From contig CATNEN010000024.1 of the NCBI GenBank assembly GCA_950097015.1, positions 3,534,001 to 3,598,000 of the forward strand: a stretch of 64,000 nt of DNA, given 5' to 3'. Made by a program: the position numbers and the translations under genes. The notes beneath the pieces are model-generated. The model searched no databases. It saw nothing but the letters and a program-made list of their open reading frames with translations, and had not been told where the DNA came from. This stretch comes from Macrostomum hystrix. Lineage: Eukaryota > Animalia > Platyhelminthes. Positions 1 through 11,584 of the stretch are shown one piece after another; position 1 is the first letter of the stretch; the number at the start of each line of letters is the position of its first letter.

Positions 1-950
1 TCCCACTGTCTACTTTTCATCCCACTGTCTACTTCTCATCTTACTGTCTACTTCTCATCTTACTGTCTACTTCTCATCCCACTGTCTACTTCTCATCCCA
101 CTGTCTACTTCTCATCCCACTGTCTACTTCTCATCCCACTGTCTACGTCTCATACTACTAAGTACTTCTCATCCTACTATGTACTTCTCATCCCATGTCT
201 ACTTCTCATTCCACTGTCTACTTCTCATCCCATGTCTACTTCTCATTCTACTATCTACTTCTCATCCCACTGTCTACTTCTCATCCCACTGTCTACTTCT
301 CATCCCACTGTCTACTTCTCATCTTACTGTCTACTTCTCATCTTACTGTCTACTTCTCATCCCACTGTCTACTCCTCATCTTACTGTCTACTTCTCATCT
401 TACTGTCTACTTCTCATCCCACTGTCTACTTCTCATCCCACTGTCTACTTCTCATCTTACTGTCTACTTCTCATCTTACTGTCTACTTCTCATCTTACTG
501 TCTACTTCTCATCCCACTGTCTACTTTTCATCCCACTGTCTACTTCTCATCTTACTGTCTACTTCTCATCTTACTGTCTACTTCTCATCCCACTGTCTAC
601 TTCTCATCCCACTGTCTACTTCTCATCCCACTGTCTACTTCTCATCCCACTGTCTACGTCTCATACTACTAAGTACTTCTCATCCTACTATGTACTTCTC
701 ATCCCATGTCTACTTCTCATTCCACTATCTACTTCTCATCCCATGTCTACTTCTCATTCTACTATCTACTTCTCATCCCACTGTCTACTTCTCATCCCAC
801 TATCTACTTCTCATCCCACTGTCTACTTCTCTTTCGACAATCTACTTCTAATCTTACCATCTATTTTTCATCCCTCTATCTAATTCTCATCCTACTATCT
901 ACTTCTCATTCCACTATCTACTTCTCATCCTAGTATGTACTTCTCATTCT
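1..950. repeat. Minisatellite, 19-bp unit TCTACTTCTCATCCCACTG (continues beyond window start)
   Basis: Direct inspection. Confidence 0.95.
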
Positions 951-1629
951 TATAATGTGCTTTGAATCACTCAATCTGCTCGTCATCGTGCTATAGATTT
1001 CTGGTCAATGGAACTGTCACAATGTGCCGTGTCCACCGGTGAACGTGTAGTTAAAATTGGCGCAGAATCGCAATATTTTAACTTGAAGTTTGTTGTCGGG
1101 CCCACAAGTGCTGAATCTTTGGCTTGAAATAATGGTTATTATTTTAAGCCTCGCCTTCAGAGACTTGGGAACTGTCGATAATTGCCTAGCGACAGCAGCG
1201 AAAGTAAAACAGCTAGGGCGAAAAAATCTCGCCTCCCATATACAATGTAGATATGGTTGTTTTTTCTTCATCAAGAGAACGATAGGCCAGACTCTGCAGA
1301 AAAAGGCAGCCCTCTTAATCAAATTTCTGCCTTGAATGAGCGCAAAGACCAAATATTATCTTTCATAGGCCATCCTTTCCGTTCTGTTGACTCAATTTTG
1401 GGAAGAGGGTTGCTCTCCATCAGCTTTTTTCCTTTTTATTCTACAACTGCTCCCAAATTTGGACAGTGTCCCAGATCCATAGCTATGTAGCATGAGAATT
1501 ATAGGACTGATGTAAACGCTACTCTGGAAATCTAACGAGCTACGTTACATTTGTTCTCGTAGATGATACTAAAAAAATTAACTATCCTCAAAGCAAAGCA
1601 AACTGATCTTCATCAGTCTCACAGATGTT

Positions 1630-1885
1630 TCAAAACTGTGTTTTCCCGAAAACTGTGATTTTCCTGGAAAACTGTGATTTTCCTGGAAAACTGTGATGCT
1701 CCCGGAAAACAGTGTTTTTCCCGGAAAACTGTGATTTTACCGGAAAACTGATTTTCCCGGAAAACTGTGATTTTTCCGGAAAACTGTGATTTTCCCGGAA
1801 AACTGTGATTTTCCCGGAAAACTGTGATTTCCTGAAAAACTGTGTTTTCCTGGAAAACTGTGATTTCCCGAAAACTGTGATTTAC
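1630..1885. repeat. Minisatellite, ~19-20-bp unit GAAAACTGTGATTTTCCCG
   Basis: Direct inspection; same family as 4565-4845. Confidence 0.92.
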
Positions 1886-2639
1886 CGAAAACCACATTTA
1901 TTCAGAAATAAAATACGAAACAAAAAGAACAGGCTTACGAAGCGTTGGACTGGTGTTGAGGATTTCAGAAAACCCGGGCTTGCCACTAATTTCTCTCCTC
2001 TTTCACCTGTGTGGGAAAAAATGAGGTGCGCGAGTGGCGCACGTCATTCAGAGCGAAACGGACAACTTAGCGGCGACAGGGGAACCCTGGCTGCTGGTCA
2101 TGGCATTCTTCTGGACGATTCGATGCAGTTGGGAATTAGAAGAAGCGGCAGAGGAGGAGAATGAAAATTGGGATAAAGGATTTGTTGGGATATGAACTAC
2201 ATGTAAGGCCTGTTTCTGCTGGGAGACACTGTCAAAATCTGCGCTCCATTGGGAACCATCCCACCCATGCTGGCGCACACACACACTTTCTGAAAGCATT
2301 ATTGGGATAAATTTGCGCCAATGTAACTCCCAAATTTTTTTTGTTTCCCACTCGCCCCCTGGTGCCCGACGGGAAGGAAATCTAGTTTCTAGGAATGCGC
2401 GGTATTCAGTGTTAGAGAAATGAAGAGAAAATTAAAAATGGCAGGCTACATGTGTTTCAGGAAGTACTGAAAATCACTCACCTAGTCTTGGCTTCAATCT
2501 GGCTAGTCGCTCAGTTGCAAAATTTGCAGCAGGAGCAAAATAGAGAATGTGAGGTCGGGCCAAGATCTTCTACCGTTCCGATAATAGCCACGGCTGTCTC
2601 TGATTGGCTGGGAAAATCACTTTTGTATTTTGGTTGCCG

Positions 2640-2745
2640 CCGAGCGAGTGCCTGCGTATGGTAACTGGCCAGGTGTCTGGTATCTGGGGTAGAATCGCCT
2701 CATCGCTGGCTGCGGGTCCAGGGTCACCAAATAAAGTGCCAACTG
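2640..2745 (+). mobile_element. Second dispersed repeat family, 3' portion
   Basis: See 10485-10688. Confidence 0.55.
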
Positions 2746-2809
2746 CTTACAGCCCTCTTGAAAATATTAAAACGAATTTCAAGCGTGTCAAAATGAGTCG
2801 ATTTGTCAT

Positions 2810-3610
2810 ATGACTCTGTCAGGTGTGTCAGATGACTCTGACAGGTGTCAGATGACTCTGTCAGGTGTGTCAGATTACTCTGAAAGGTGTCAGATGACTC
2901 TGTCAGGTGTCAGATGACTCTGACAGGTGTCAGATGACTCTGGCAGGTGTGTCAGATGACTGTGTCATATGCATCCAGATGACTTGTCAGGTGTGTCAGA
3001 TGACTGTGTCAGATGACTGTGTCAAATGCATCCAGATGACTTGTCAGGTGTGTCAGATGACTGTGTCAGATGACTGTGTCAGATGCATCCAGATGACTTG
3101 TCAGGTGTGTCAGATGACTGTGTCAGATGACTGTGTCAGATGTATCCAGATGACTTGTCATGTGTGTCCAGATGACTGTGTCAGATGACTGTGTCAGATG
3201 CATCCAGATGACTTGTCAGGTGTGTCAGATGACTGTGTCAGATGACTGTGTCAGATGTATCCAGATGACTTGTCATGTGTGTCAGATGACTGTGTCAGAT
3301 GACTGTGTCAGATGCATCCAGATGACTTGTCAGGTGTGTCAGATGACTGTGTCAGATGACTGTGTCAGATGCATCCAGATGACTTGTCATGTGTGTCAGA
3401 TGACTGTGTCAGGTGTGTCAGATGACTGTGTCAGGTGTGTCAGATGACTGTGTCAGATGACTGTGTCAGATGCATCCAGATGACTTGTCATGTGTGTCAG
3501 ATGACTGTGTCAGGTGTGTCAGATGACTGTGTCAGGTGTGTCAGATGACTGTGTCAGGTGTGTCAGATGACTGTGTCAGATGCATCCAGATGACTTGTCA
3601 TGTGTGTCAG
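2810..3610. repeat. Minisatellite, 13-bp core GTCAGATGACTGT with a ~57-bp higher-order unit
   Basis: tccagatgacttg recurs at 2974 and 3031. Confidence 0.92.
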
Positions 3611-4564
3611 ACGGTTCTTAGCTAGACATAAGCAAGAAAAGTCTTGGAAAGCAAGTGGCACAGAAAATCAAACTCGGAGTCTGTTGCAGCTGTTGCAGCA
3701 GTCAGCCCAGCCCACCCTCTATCGCTCTTGAGCGTAATAGGGCAAGTTAAAATCGATAATCCCTAATTTCTATTTTTCTCTCCCTTCTCCGCTTACTTTG
3801 CTTCGAGGCGGACCTCTCAGTCTCGACAACAATCTCTTTCTCAATCCTATCTCTGCACACACTGGTCGTCAAAGGCGCGAATCTCTGTCTATTAGAAAGG
3901 TCGACAGAGAAAAAACTGATTGATTAAATTTCATCTTTTTCACCCCCTAGAAGTGGACGAAGAAAGTGGAACGGAGAGGCTGTGTAATAGTATGCTCAGA
4001 AAAAAGGAGGCTGCTAAAAACATGTCCAAATAAAGCCTAGCTTTTAGAACGCAACTTCTATCGATCGATACGGAGCAGATTTTATTCAAACAAAAAAATC
4101 TATCTACAATTTATTGCGGCTCGAAGAGAGGCACTCAATAGATCGTCTATTGGCTGAGAGAATTAATTTAAAAGAAATAGCAGAGAAAGTCTGGCTGGAG
4201 AAAGGACTCCAGCTGCTCTCCCAGCTACCTTTTGCCTGATATTACTAAAAGCAGACTGTTAATAATTAACAGTGTGGCCTAAAATAAAAGCCAAGACTGG
4301 CAACCCCTGATTCCGTCCGCGTCTGAATGATTTAGGCGTATAATGCATGAAAAAATTTGGAATTGCATGGAGCATATGTCGGAAAATAGAGGAGAGATGA
4401 GGAAACTCAGGTTGGGTATTTTATTTCAGCCATTAGTAGCTTTCTATTGCACAAAAAATTAATCTGTTTTAAGTCATGAATCCATTTACTCATCGTCCGC
4501 TTTTATTGGCTACTGTAGAAGTGAGAATTACCATAGATTATTTAATAATTATTAATTAATGAAT

Positions 4565-4845
4565 GATTTCCCCGAAAACTGTGATTTTCCCGAAAACTGT
4601 GATTTCCCCGAAAACTGTGATTTCCCCGAAAACTGTGATTTCCCCGAAAACTGTGTTTTCCCGAAAACTGTATTTCCCCGAAAACTGTGTTTTCCCGAAA
4701 AACTGTGCTTTCCCGAAAACTGCGTTTTCCCGAAAAACTGTGTTTTCCCGAAAATTGTGATTTTCCCGAAAACTGTGCTTTCCCGAAAACTGCATGTGCT
4801 TTCACGAAAACTGTGTTTTCCCGAAAACTGTGTTTTCCCTGAAAA
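4565..4845. repeat. Minisatellite, ~19-bp GAAAACTGTGATTTTCCC family
   Basis: Direct inspection. Confidence 0.92.
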
Positions 4846-4854
4846 TAAGTTATC

Positions 4855-5525
4855 CTATTAGATAAGTTATTCTGTTAGACAAGCTAAGCTGTTAGACAAG
4901 TCCTCCTGTTAGATAAGTTGTCCTGTTGGATAATTTATCCTGTTAGACAAGTCCTCCTGTTAGATAATTTATCCTGTTAGATAAGTTGTCCTGTTAGATA
5001 ACTTATCCTGTTAGATAATTTATCCTGTTAGACAAGTCCTCCTGTTAGATAATTTATCCTGTTAGACAAGTCCTCCTGTTAGATAATTTATCCTGTTAGA
5101 TAAGTTGTCCTGTTAGATAATTTATCTTGTTAGATAATTTATCCTGTTAGACAAGTCCTCCTGTTAGATAATTTATCCTGTTAGATAAGTTGTCCTGTTA
5201 GATAATTTATCTTGTTAGATAATTTATCCTGTTAGACAAGTCCTCCTGTTAGATAATTTATCCTGTTAGATAAGTTGTCCTGTTAGATAATTTATCCTGT
5301 TAGATAATTTATCCTGTTAGACAAGTCCTCCTGTTAGATAATTTATCCTGTTAGATAAGTTGTCCTGTTAGATAATTTATCTTGTTAGATAATTTATCCT
5401 GTTAGACAAGTCCTCCTGTTAGATAATTTATCCTGTTAGATAAGTTGTCCTGTTAGATAATTTATCCTGTTAGATAATTTATCCTGTTAGACAAGTCCTC
5501 CTGTTAGATAAGTTGTCCTGTTAGG
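4855..5525. repeat. Minisatellite, ~17-20-bp unit TTATCCTGTTAGATAA(T), abutting the previous array
   Basis: Direct inspection. Confidence 0.92.
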
Positions 5526-6024
5526 TTAGTAATATTTCTACCCAGTTTTATTCCGAAGCTTCCTCCTAAATAAAGTTTCTATTCTTTCGACGCAAACAAA
5601 CTTCTAGAAAGTACATTAACTCTGTACTTTCAAACCTAAATTGATTTGTTGATAATTTGACACCCTGAAGCAGGTCACCACTTGATGAGGGATGAGAATA
5701 GAAAAATTTGACACAAAGCATGAATCTCACTATGCCATCAGAATCACGGGAGACACTTGAGAAGTGAAGTAAAACGCATTGAATTAGTAGTACAGAAAGC
5801 TACACTGCTACATTTACTGAAGTAAGAAGCAAGATTGACAATTTTTCTGAGGTGCTACTACTATAAGTAGGGCTATTAAATGTGGGTAACTAAAACGATT
5901 TACTTACACAGTTTTTTTCAATTTTATAGTTAAACTTGAGCACATGAAAACAATACGATTTTTTACATGGAGTGAATTGACATATAGCCACTTTTCATTT
6001 TTACAGTAATTTTTATGTGAATCG

Positions 6025-6290
6025 GGCCAGATGTGCAGCCGACAGCACAGCCGCAGCTATTGCGCGGCGCATCTGAAGGCTGCGTACGGCTGTTCAGTCC
6101 ATGGACTGGGGAGGCGCCACACTCCACCCTCAATTAACCCAGCTAATGCTGGTTCCCATTTAACAGCCGGTTGAACTGAAGCAATTGAGTGTCTTGCTAA
6201 AGGACACAAACAGTTCAGTGGATTTGGGAATCGAACCCCCGACCTTCAAGTCGTAAGTCCGATGCTCCAACCACTAGGCTACAACCACTT
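6025..6290 (-). mobile_element. tRNA-derived SINE with CORE-like central domain, near full-length copy
   Basis: Minus strand: A-box TAGCCTAGTGG and B-box GGTTCGATTCCC, then tgtgtcctttagcaagacac...ttcagttcaaccggctgttaaatggg (similar to the MIR/CORE consensus), then a family-specific 3' part containing CAGTCCATGGACTG. Homologous to copies at 10.7, 22.6, 34.0 and 53.8 kb. Confidence 0.8.
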
Positions 6291-8458
6291 TAGGTAACCG
6301 AGTAAAGTCTTCCAGTCTCTGTCTTGCTTGCATTCGTGGCAGCAATTATTTCATTAGTATCGCTTTTGACAAATTATTTGATTGTGTAAAATATAACTGC
6401 TCAGAACTCATAGAAACAGGTGTTAATTGTTGGGAGCAAAATTGTCGATTAAAGGAAGCAGAATAAACGCAGGCCTTTAGGCGCGGAATAACTGTAATTA
6501 ATGCCATAGACATTTTGCGTCAGTAAGCCATCGATAATTGGCCATTATCTGCCCCAGAAAAAAATTAGCGGAAATTAATTGGTCTATGGCCATCAGCCTC
6601 AGTAGATCTACTAACCCTCAGTAGACTTTGCTCATGGACATCTATATATAGCATCTATATATATAGATGACTTTCCTAAACTGCTTGTGTCCGTGACTTG
6701 GATTTAGCTTACATTGTAGAGAGAAGTAAAATATTCCATTTGCTTAAACGCGCTACTTAAAGTAATATCACAAGGAAACCTTAGATAGAACGTTTAATCT
6801 ATTTTTAGGAATGAGTCATGCGCTATTTTTAGAAACAAAGTCATGTGACATGAAACCGGAGAACCGGTTCTCGACAGCTGTATTTGCTTGAATTCAAAAT
6901 ATGGTCAAACTCACAATCATGACTCACTAAACAAATATGTGTGACCTAAGTAAACACCCGGTAGTAGAACCGGTTTTCCCCCAAAATTTTACTATAAATA
7001 CAAGCGAAAATCCGAGCTGAAAATTCAGACTCGGAGCGGTCCACCGGACTTCAAAACACCTTACGAAGAAGAGGACTCATCTCTGAGGGAAAGACAAGTG
7101 GTAAGCGCTTTACTAGACAGAGTTATTTATTGCTAGCAATCGTTGTTGAATTGAACTAAGTTTACGAGAGCCACATATCGTCGATAAATTTGAGAAAGGC
7201 CTCCTTGTTTCCTAGGATACATTCCTAGAGGATTATTGATTGATTTGATTTGAGTTATCCGTTATCTTTCGGAGGTAACGAAGAAAACGCCCTTCAGGAG
7301 GACCTATTAGAGATATACCAGAGAGATTTCAATTTCAATTTTCACTAGGGCGCACGTTTCTATTGTGAATTCCGAGCTCGAGAAAACCGAAAAGTAATCT
7401 GATTCGCTCTCGTCATTTATTGGCCAACAGACAAACTCAAGCAGCTGCCAAGAAGACAAAGAAGACAAGAAGACTACAAAGACTCAAGAAGCAACAGAAC
7501 CGATACTTCACAGTCGATCAGTACAAGGAGAAGAAGAACCGCCGGCTGTCGAAGACCAAAGACTACGAACTACTCACTACCAAGGAAGAAGAAGCAACTG
7601 CAGTAAGTGTCACGTGACTGTTATAAACTCCTAGGCAATTGTTCCCCATTGTCTAGAAGTGGGAGTTTCATGTGTCTGATCAACACGCAAAACTCTTCAA
7701 CAAGTCTATGGAATACTGTTTTGATTGCCTAAATTCCCATTTAAATTGTCAATAGCGAAAATCGCGTACGTCAAGCTCACAGTTTTAATCTCGTGCCAAT
7801 AAAGCCTAGAAAATTAGTTTAAATTGTCGGCTTTTTTAATGAGCAATGAGGTCACGCTATGAGGCCTTACCCTGTCTGATTAGAAAACTGGAAATTTGGA
7901 TGCTAGAAAAAACGAATAAAATGTCAGAATTTGAGGAATTTGAGTAGGATTAAAATTTTTTTGGGACCTCAATCGCATGGCAACAATTAGTTCTATATTC
8001 AGAGATTTGTAAAAAATTGTTTATTAGAAAAATGACAAAAATATTGTTTTGAAAGTTTCATTCTTCAGTGCAAGCTAAAAAAGCTATCGGTGCATTAGCA
8101 ACACAAGATTCCCTCCGTATAGGAATTAAAGCGTTTCGTTGCCAGGGTAAACAACGTCAATAATAGAAGAAATTTCTGTAGTTTTACTTCTTAAAAAATT
8201 AAATATAATGCTAGTAAGTTTGACTATCGCTTTTAGTAATCAACGCATAGCTAATGTAAGCATTCGTATTCGATGTAAAAACAAGTAAAAAATTATATTG
8301 AATTGACAAACAATAATATATGCAAGACTTTTACACAGAAGTATGCGCGACACAGATTGAGCTAATATAGTTTTTTTTCTGATTACTTAATAATTATTTT
8401 CTTCTGAACAATATCTATCAGTATCAAATCATACATTTTTAATGTATTCAGCAAAGGT

Positions 8459-8818
8459 CATCTACAGCACACTCTAGATGCAGTTCATAGTCCATCTACA
8501 GCACACTCTAGATGCAGTTCATAGTCCATCTACAGCACACTCTAGATGCAGTTCATAGTCCATCTACAGCACACTCTAGATGCAGTTCATAGTCCATCTA
8601 CAGCACACTCTAGATGCAGTTCATAGTCCATCTACAGCACACTCTAGATGCAGTTCATAGCCCATCTACAGCACACTCTAGATGCAGTTCATAGCCCATC
8701 TACAGCACACTCTAGATGCAGTTCATAGCCCATCTACAGCACACTCTAGATGCAGTTCATAGCCCATCTACAGCACACTCTAGATGCAGTTCATAGCCCA
8801 TCTACAGCACACTCTAGA
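8459..8818. repeat. Minisatellite, 34-bp unit CATCTACAGCACACTCTAGATGCAGTTCATAGTC, ~10.5 copies, in the GPCR 3' region
   Basis: Period 34 (8459, 8493, ...). Confidence 0.95.
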
Positions 8819-8843
8819 AATGGCTGTCCACTCGCTCGCTGTC

Positions 8844-9928
8844 TCAAATTTGTCTCCTCCGCCCCTGGCAGGTCAGCAGCCGTTTGAAGGCCTTTCTGAA
8901 GTCCCTATTGAACACGGTGTAGATGACAGGGTTCAGGGCGCTGTTGCAATAGCCAAGCCAGAAGAAAATGTCGAACAGAAGGTGCGGCACGCAGCGGCAG
9001 AATGTGTCGGTCAGGTAGGTGGTAAAAAACGGCAGCCAGCAGGCAACGAATGCGCCGACAATCAGGCCGACAATCACGGTGGCCCGGCGCTCCTTGCTCC
9101 GCGCCATCTGTCGCTGCTGTCGAATCGCTTTGCGCAGCTCCTTGTCGCCGCCGGCTGCGTCATCGACCTCCTCGACTGCCGCCGCTGCTAGCGGTCGGAG
9201 CGGCAGCTCGCAGTGCGCCTGTCCACCGCCTCCGCCATTGTCGCCGCCGCCACCGGCGCGACGCTGATTCCCGCGACGTCGCTGGGCCCGCCGCCTGGCC
9301 ACCTGGAAGATGCGCACGTACACAATCAGCATGATCAGCATGGGAATGTAGAAGCTGGCAATGCTGGAATACAGCACGTATCCGGGATCGCTTGTCAGCT
9401 CGCATTTGTAATCGCTCGACTGCGGCTTCCGCCAGCCAAGCAGCGGCGGCAGACAGACCATCGCTGATAGCAGCCACACCGTGGCCATCATGCCAGCCGC
9501 TCGACGCTTTGTTCGCCGCTGTGGATAAGTCAAAGCCTGCGACACGCTCCAGTATCTGTCCAGACTGATGAGGCACAGGTGAGTGATGCTGGCCGTGCAC
9601 ATCAGCACATCGATTGCCAGCCAAAGCTCGCACCAGCGTCTGCCAAAGATCCAGGCGTTCAGCAGCTGATTGGACAGAGAGAAGGGCATCACCAGCAGGC
9701 CGAGCAGCAGGTCGGCGAAAGCCAGCGAAGCCAAGAACCAGTTCTGGACGCCGCTGACTTTCTTGTCACGCCAGATGGCCAGAATGACCAGCAGGTTGCC
9801 GAGAACCACCAGAACCCAGACTGCGGCGACGGCCACCGCAATGGCTGCGGCCGCTGGCGCCGGGTACTTCAGACAGGGAACCGACGAGAGTTCGAAGTGT
9901 AAAGAGGTGCTGTTTACACCTGCTGACA

Positions 9929-9960
<32 letters not shown>

Positions 9961-9980
9961 GTGGAATTGCAACTGCCCAT
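8844..9980 (-). CDS. Intronless class A biogenic-amine GPCR, alpha-2-adrenergic / Oct-alpha2R-like (378 aa)
   Basis: Seven hydrophobic segments. Motifs: GN (TM1), LAxAD (TM2), D3.32 in WLAIDVLMCTAS, DRY, TM5 SSxxS (YSSIASFY), CWLPFFTTY (TM6), FFWLGYCNSALNPVIY and helix 8 FRKAF. Two N-terminal NST sequons and a Q10 tract. Confidence 0.95.
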
Positions 9981-10000
9981 TGAGTTTGACGGTATAGCTC

Positions 10001-10030
10001 CTGGATTTAATTTAATAAACTTAGTTTAAT
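10001..10030 (-). promoter_or_regulatory. Possible 3' splice (cis or trans) acceptor 20 nt upstream of the GPCR ATG
   Basis: Minus strand reads AT-rich tract ...ttaaattaaatccag|gagctataccgtcaaactcaATG. Motif only, no expression data. Confidence 0.3.
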
Positions 10031-10484
10031 ATTTACGTCAAAGGTCATGAGTTCGATCCTAAATGAATTGAAACAATTTTCAATTAAGGCGAGGTACCCT
10101 TAAATTCAAAGAGCTTAAGTTCTGTAAGTTCTGGTGACAGCATCTGATGGGGTTGAAATTCTGGTGGGTTGAAAGGTTCAAACGGCTTGACTGACTATGA
10201 CTATGATGCGATCCATCAACACATCAATGTGGAATAAAAACAGTTTTTAGAGTGTGGCTTCGCTCGTTCTTTCTTTTTTTCTACTCAAACATTACGAACA
10301 TACGAGAAGTTCTCAATCAAGCCTGACCAAGTGTCATCAATCAAATTAATCTTACGGCCCAATACGGCTCCACTTAGTCAGTTAGGTTCGCAGAAAATGT
10401 CATGCGGGACTCTCAGAGAAGTCAACTCGAGATGAAAATTACTGAGACCTTTTTTGTGAACTTTCGAGCTGTGGTCTTTTGTGG

Positions 10485-10688
10485 TCTTGTCGAGCCCTTG
10501 AGGGCCAACCTCCATGGCACAGTGCAATTGTACGCGTATGTGAGCGTGTGCCTGCGTACGGTATCTGTGTGCGTGTTGTGTGTGCTCAGGAGTCAGTGAA
10601 ATAGGCAGAACTGCCTCCTCGCTGGCTGCGGGTCTAGTGTCACCAAATAATGTTCGCATGCAACTATTATTATTATTATTATTATTAC
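10485..10688 (+). mobile_element. Second dispersed repeat family ending in a (TAT)n tail
   Basis: Shares gagcg.gtgcctgcgta.ggta and gcctc.tcgctggctgcgggtc.ag.gtcaccaaataa with 2643-2735(+). Shares ttgaggg.caacctcca.ggcacagt and gtgtgctcaggagtcag.gaaat.ggcagaa with 23635-23780(-). Confidence 0.6.
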
Positions 10689-10689
10689 T

Positions 10690-10850
10690 ACCCCAACTAA
10701 TACTGGTACCCGTTAAACAGCTAAATGAACCGCAACAACGCAGAGTTGTGTCTTGCTAAAGGATCCGAAATGTTTTCCGTGGAGTCGGGAATCGAACCCC
10801 CGACCTTCAAGTTTGTGACTCCGACGCTCAATCAACTAGGCAACAACAAC
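10690..10850 (-). mobile_element. Same SINE family, 3'-truncated copy (head plus CORE-like part)
   Basis: ggtacccgttaaacagc...gtgtcttgctaaagg...gggaatcgaacccccgaccttcaag matches the 6.0-6.3 kb copy. Confidence 0.75.
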
Positions 10851-11584
10851 CGATTAAACTAGATCAGTTTTCCTCTAGAAGAATAATCTACCAGAAAAAA
10901 AGTCGTTGAGACACTTTCTTACCTTCGGTTTAATTCGATTGAACAGATAATTAAAGTGAAGATTGGTTCCTACTAAAAATAATAATTGATTCAAGAAAAT
11001 ATCTCTTTAACTCGTTAGTTCTTCTTTTTCCCGCTTAAATGTTCCCCCTTAAACAGAAGATTTCCCAGAGAAACATCTGCAGCAAATCCCGTGACCAATA
11101 GGACAGCGTAGGGAGTTTAAACTCGAGATCGAGACCCGTGATTGGCTGCCTGGCTGAGGTGGGTGTCAGAGTGGCGAAAACGTTTTACAGGATTCTGCAA
11201 TCAAAGTCGGGCACGCAATCAGTGCTGCACTTGTATCAGCTTCGGCTGGGATGATGCCTCTATGCCCCCTATCCATATTTCCGTTGAAAGGCCGCATTAG
11301 CGGACACAGGAACAGGAACGCGATATTAAATCTCAGATTAGCCATTGTACCTAGCTATAATCCATCATTGATTTAGCAGCCTGAATGGGAATGCATAAGA
11401 GTATTTTAAGCGTCGCATGACCACCATGCCTGACAAGCATCTTGCTGATTAAGTGTATCACCTGTTGGGATAGCCGCTATGGGTATTTAGTAAGCATATA
11501 AGTGTACTTATGGTTCTTATGGTCAATATGAAAAGGATTGATTTTTTGTAGGTCAAAAATATTGTGCTGAATTATACGAGCTGC

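Noticed and set aside
179-933. Long ORFs up to 234 aa (also 21925-22584, 25891-26664, 29058-29714, 36638-37746, 38927-42168, 45504-46529, 49415-50032, 52169-53336, 59417-60223, 60497-60979)
   Set aside because: All are translations of tandem repeats whose units lack stop codons; no splice or domain support.
6215-6290. Functional tRNA gene (also ~10790-10850 and ~53960-54025)
   Set aside because: A and B boxes are present, but the anticodon stem is mismatched, there is no acceptor stem, and each is fused to a SINE body.
9960-9980. MGSCNS N-myristoylation-like motif in the GPCR
   Set aside because: A class A GPCR N-terminus is extracellular and carries N-glycosylation sequons; probably chance.
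8784-10029. Several overlapping ORFs on both strands of the GPCR
   Set aside because: Shadow ORFs expected from GC-rich coding sequence.
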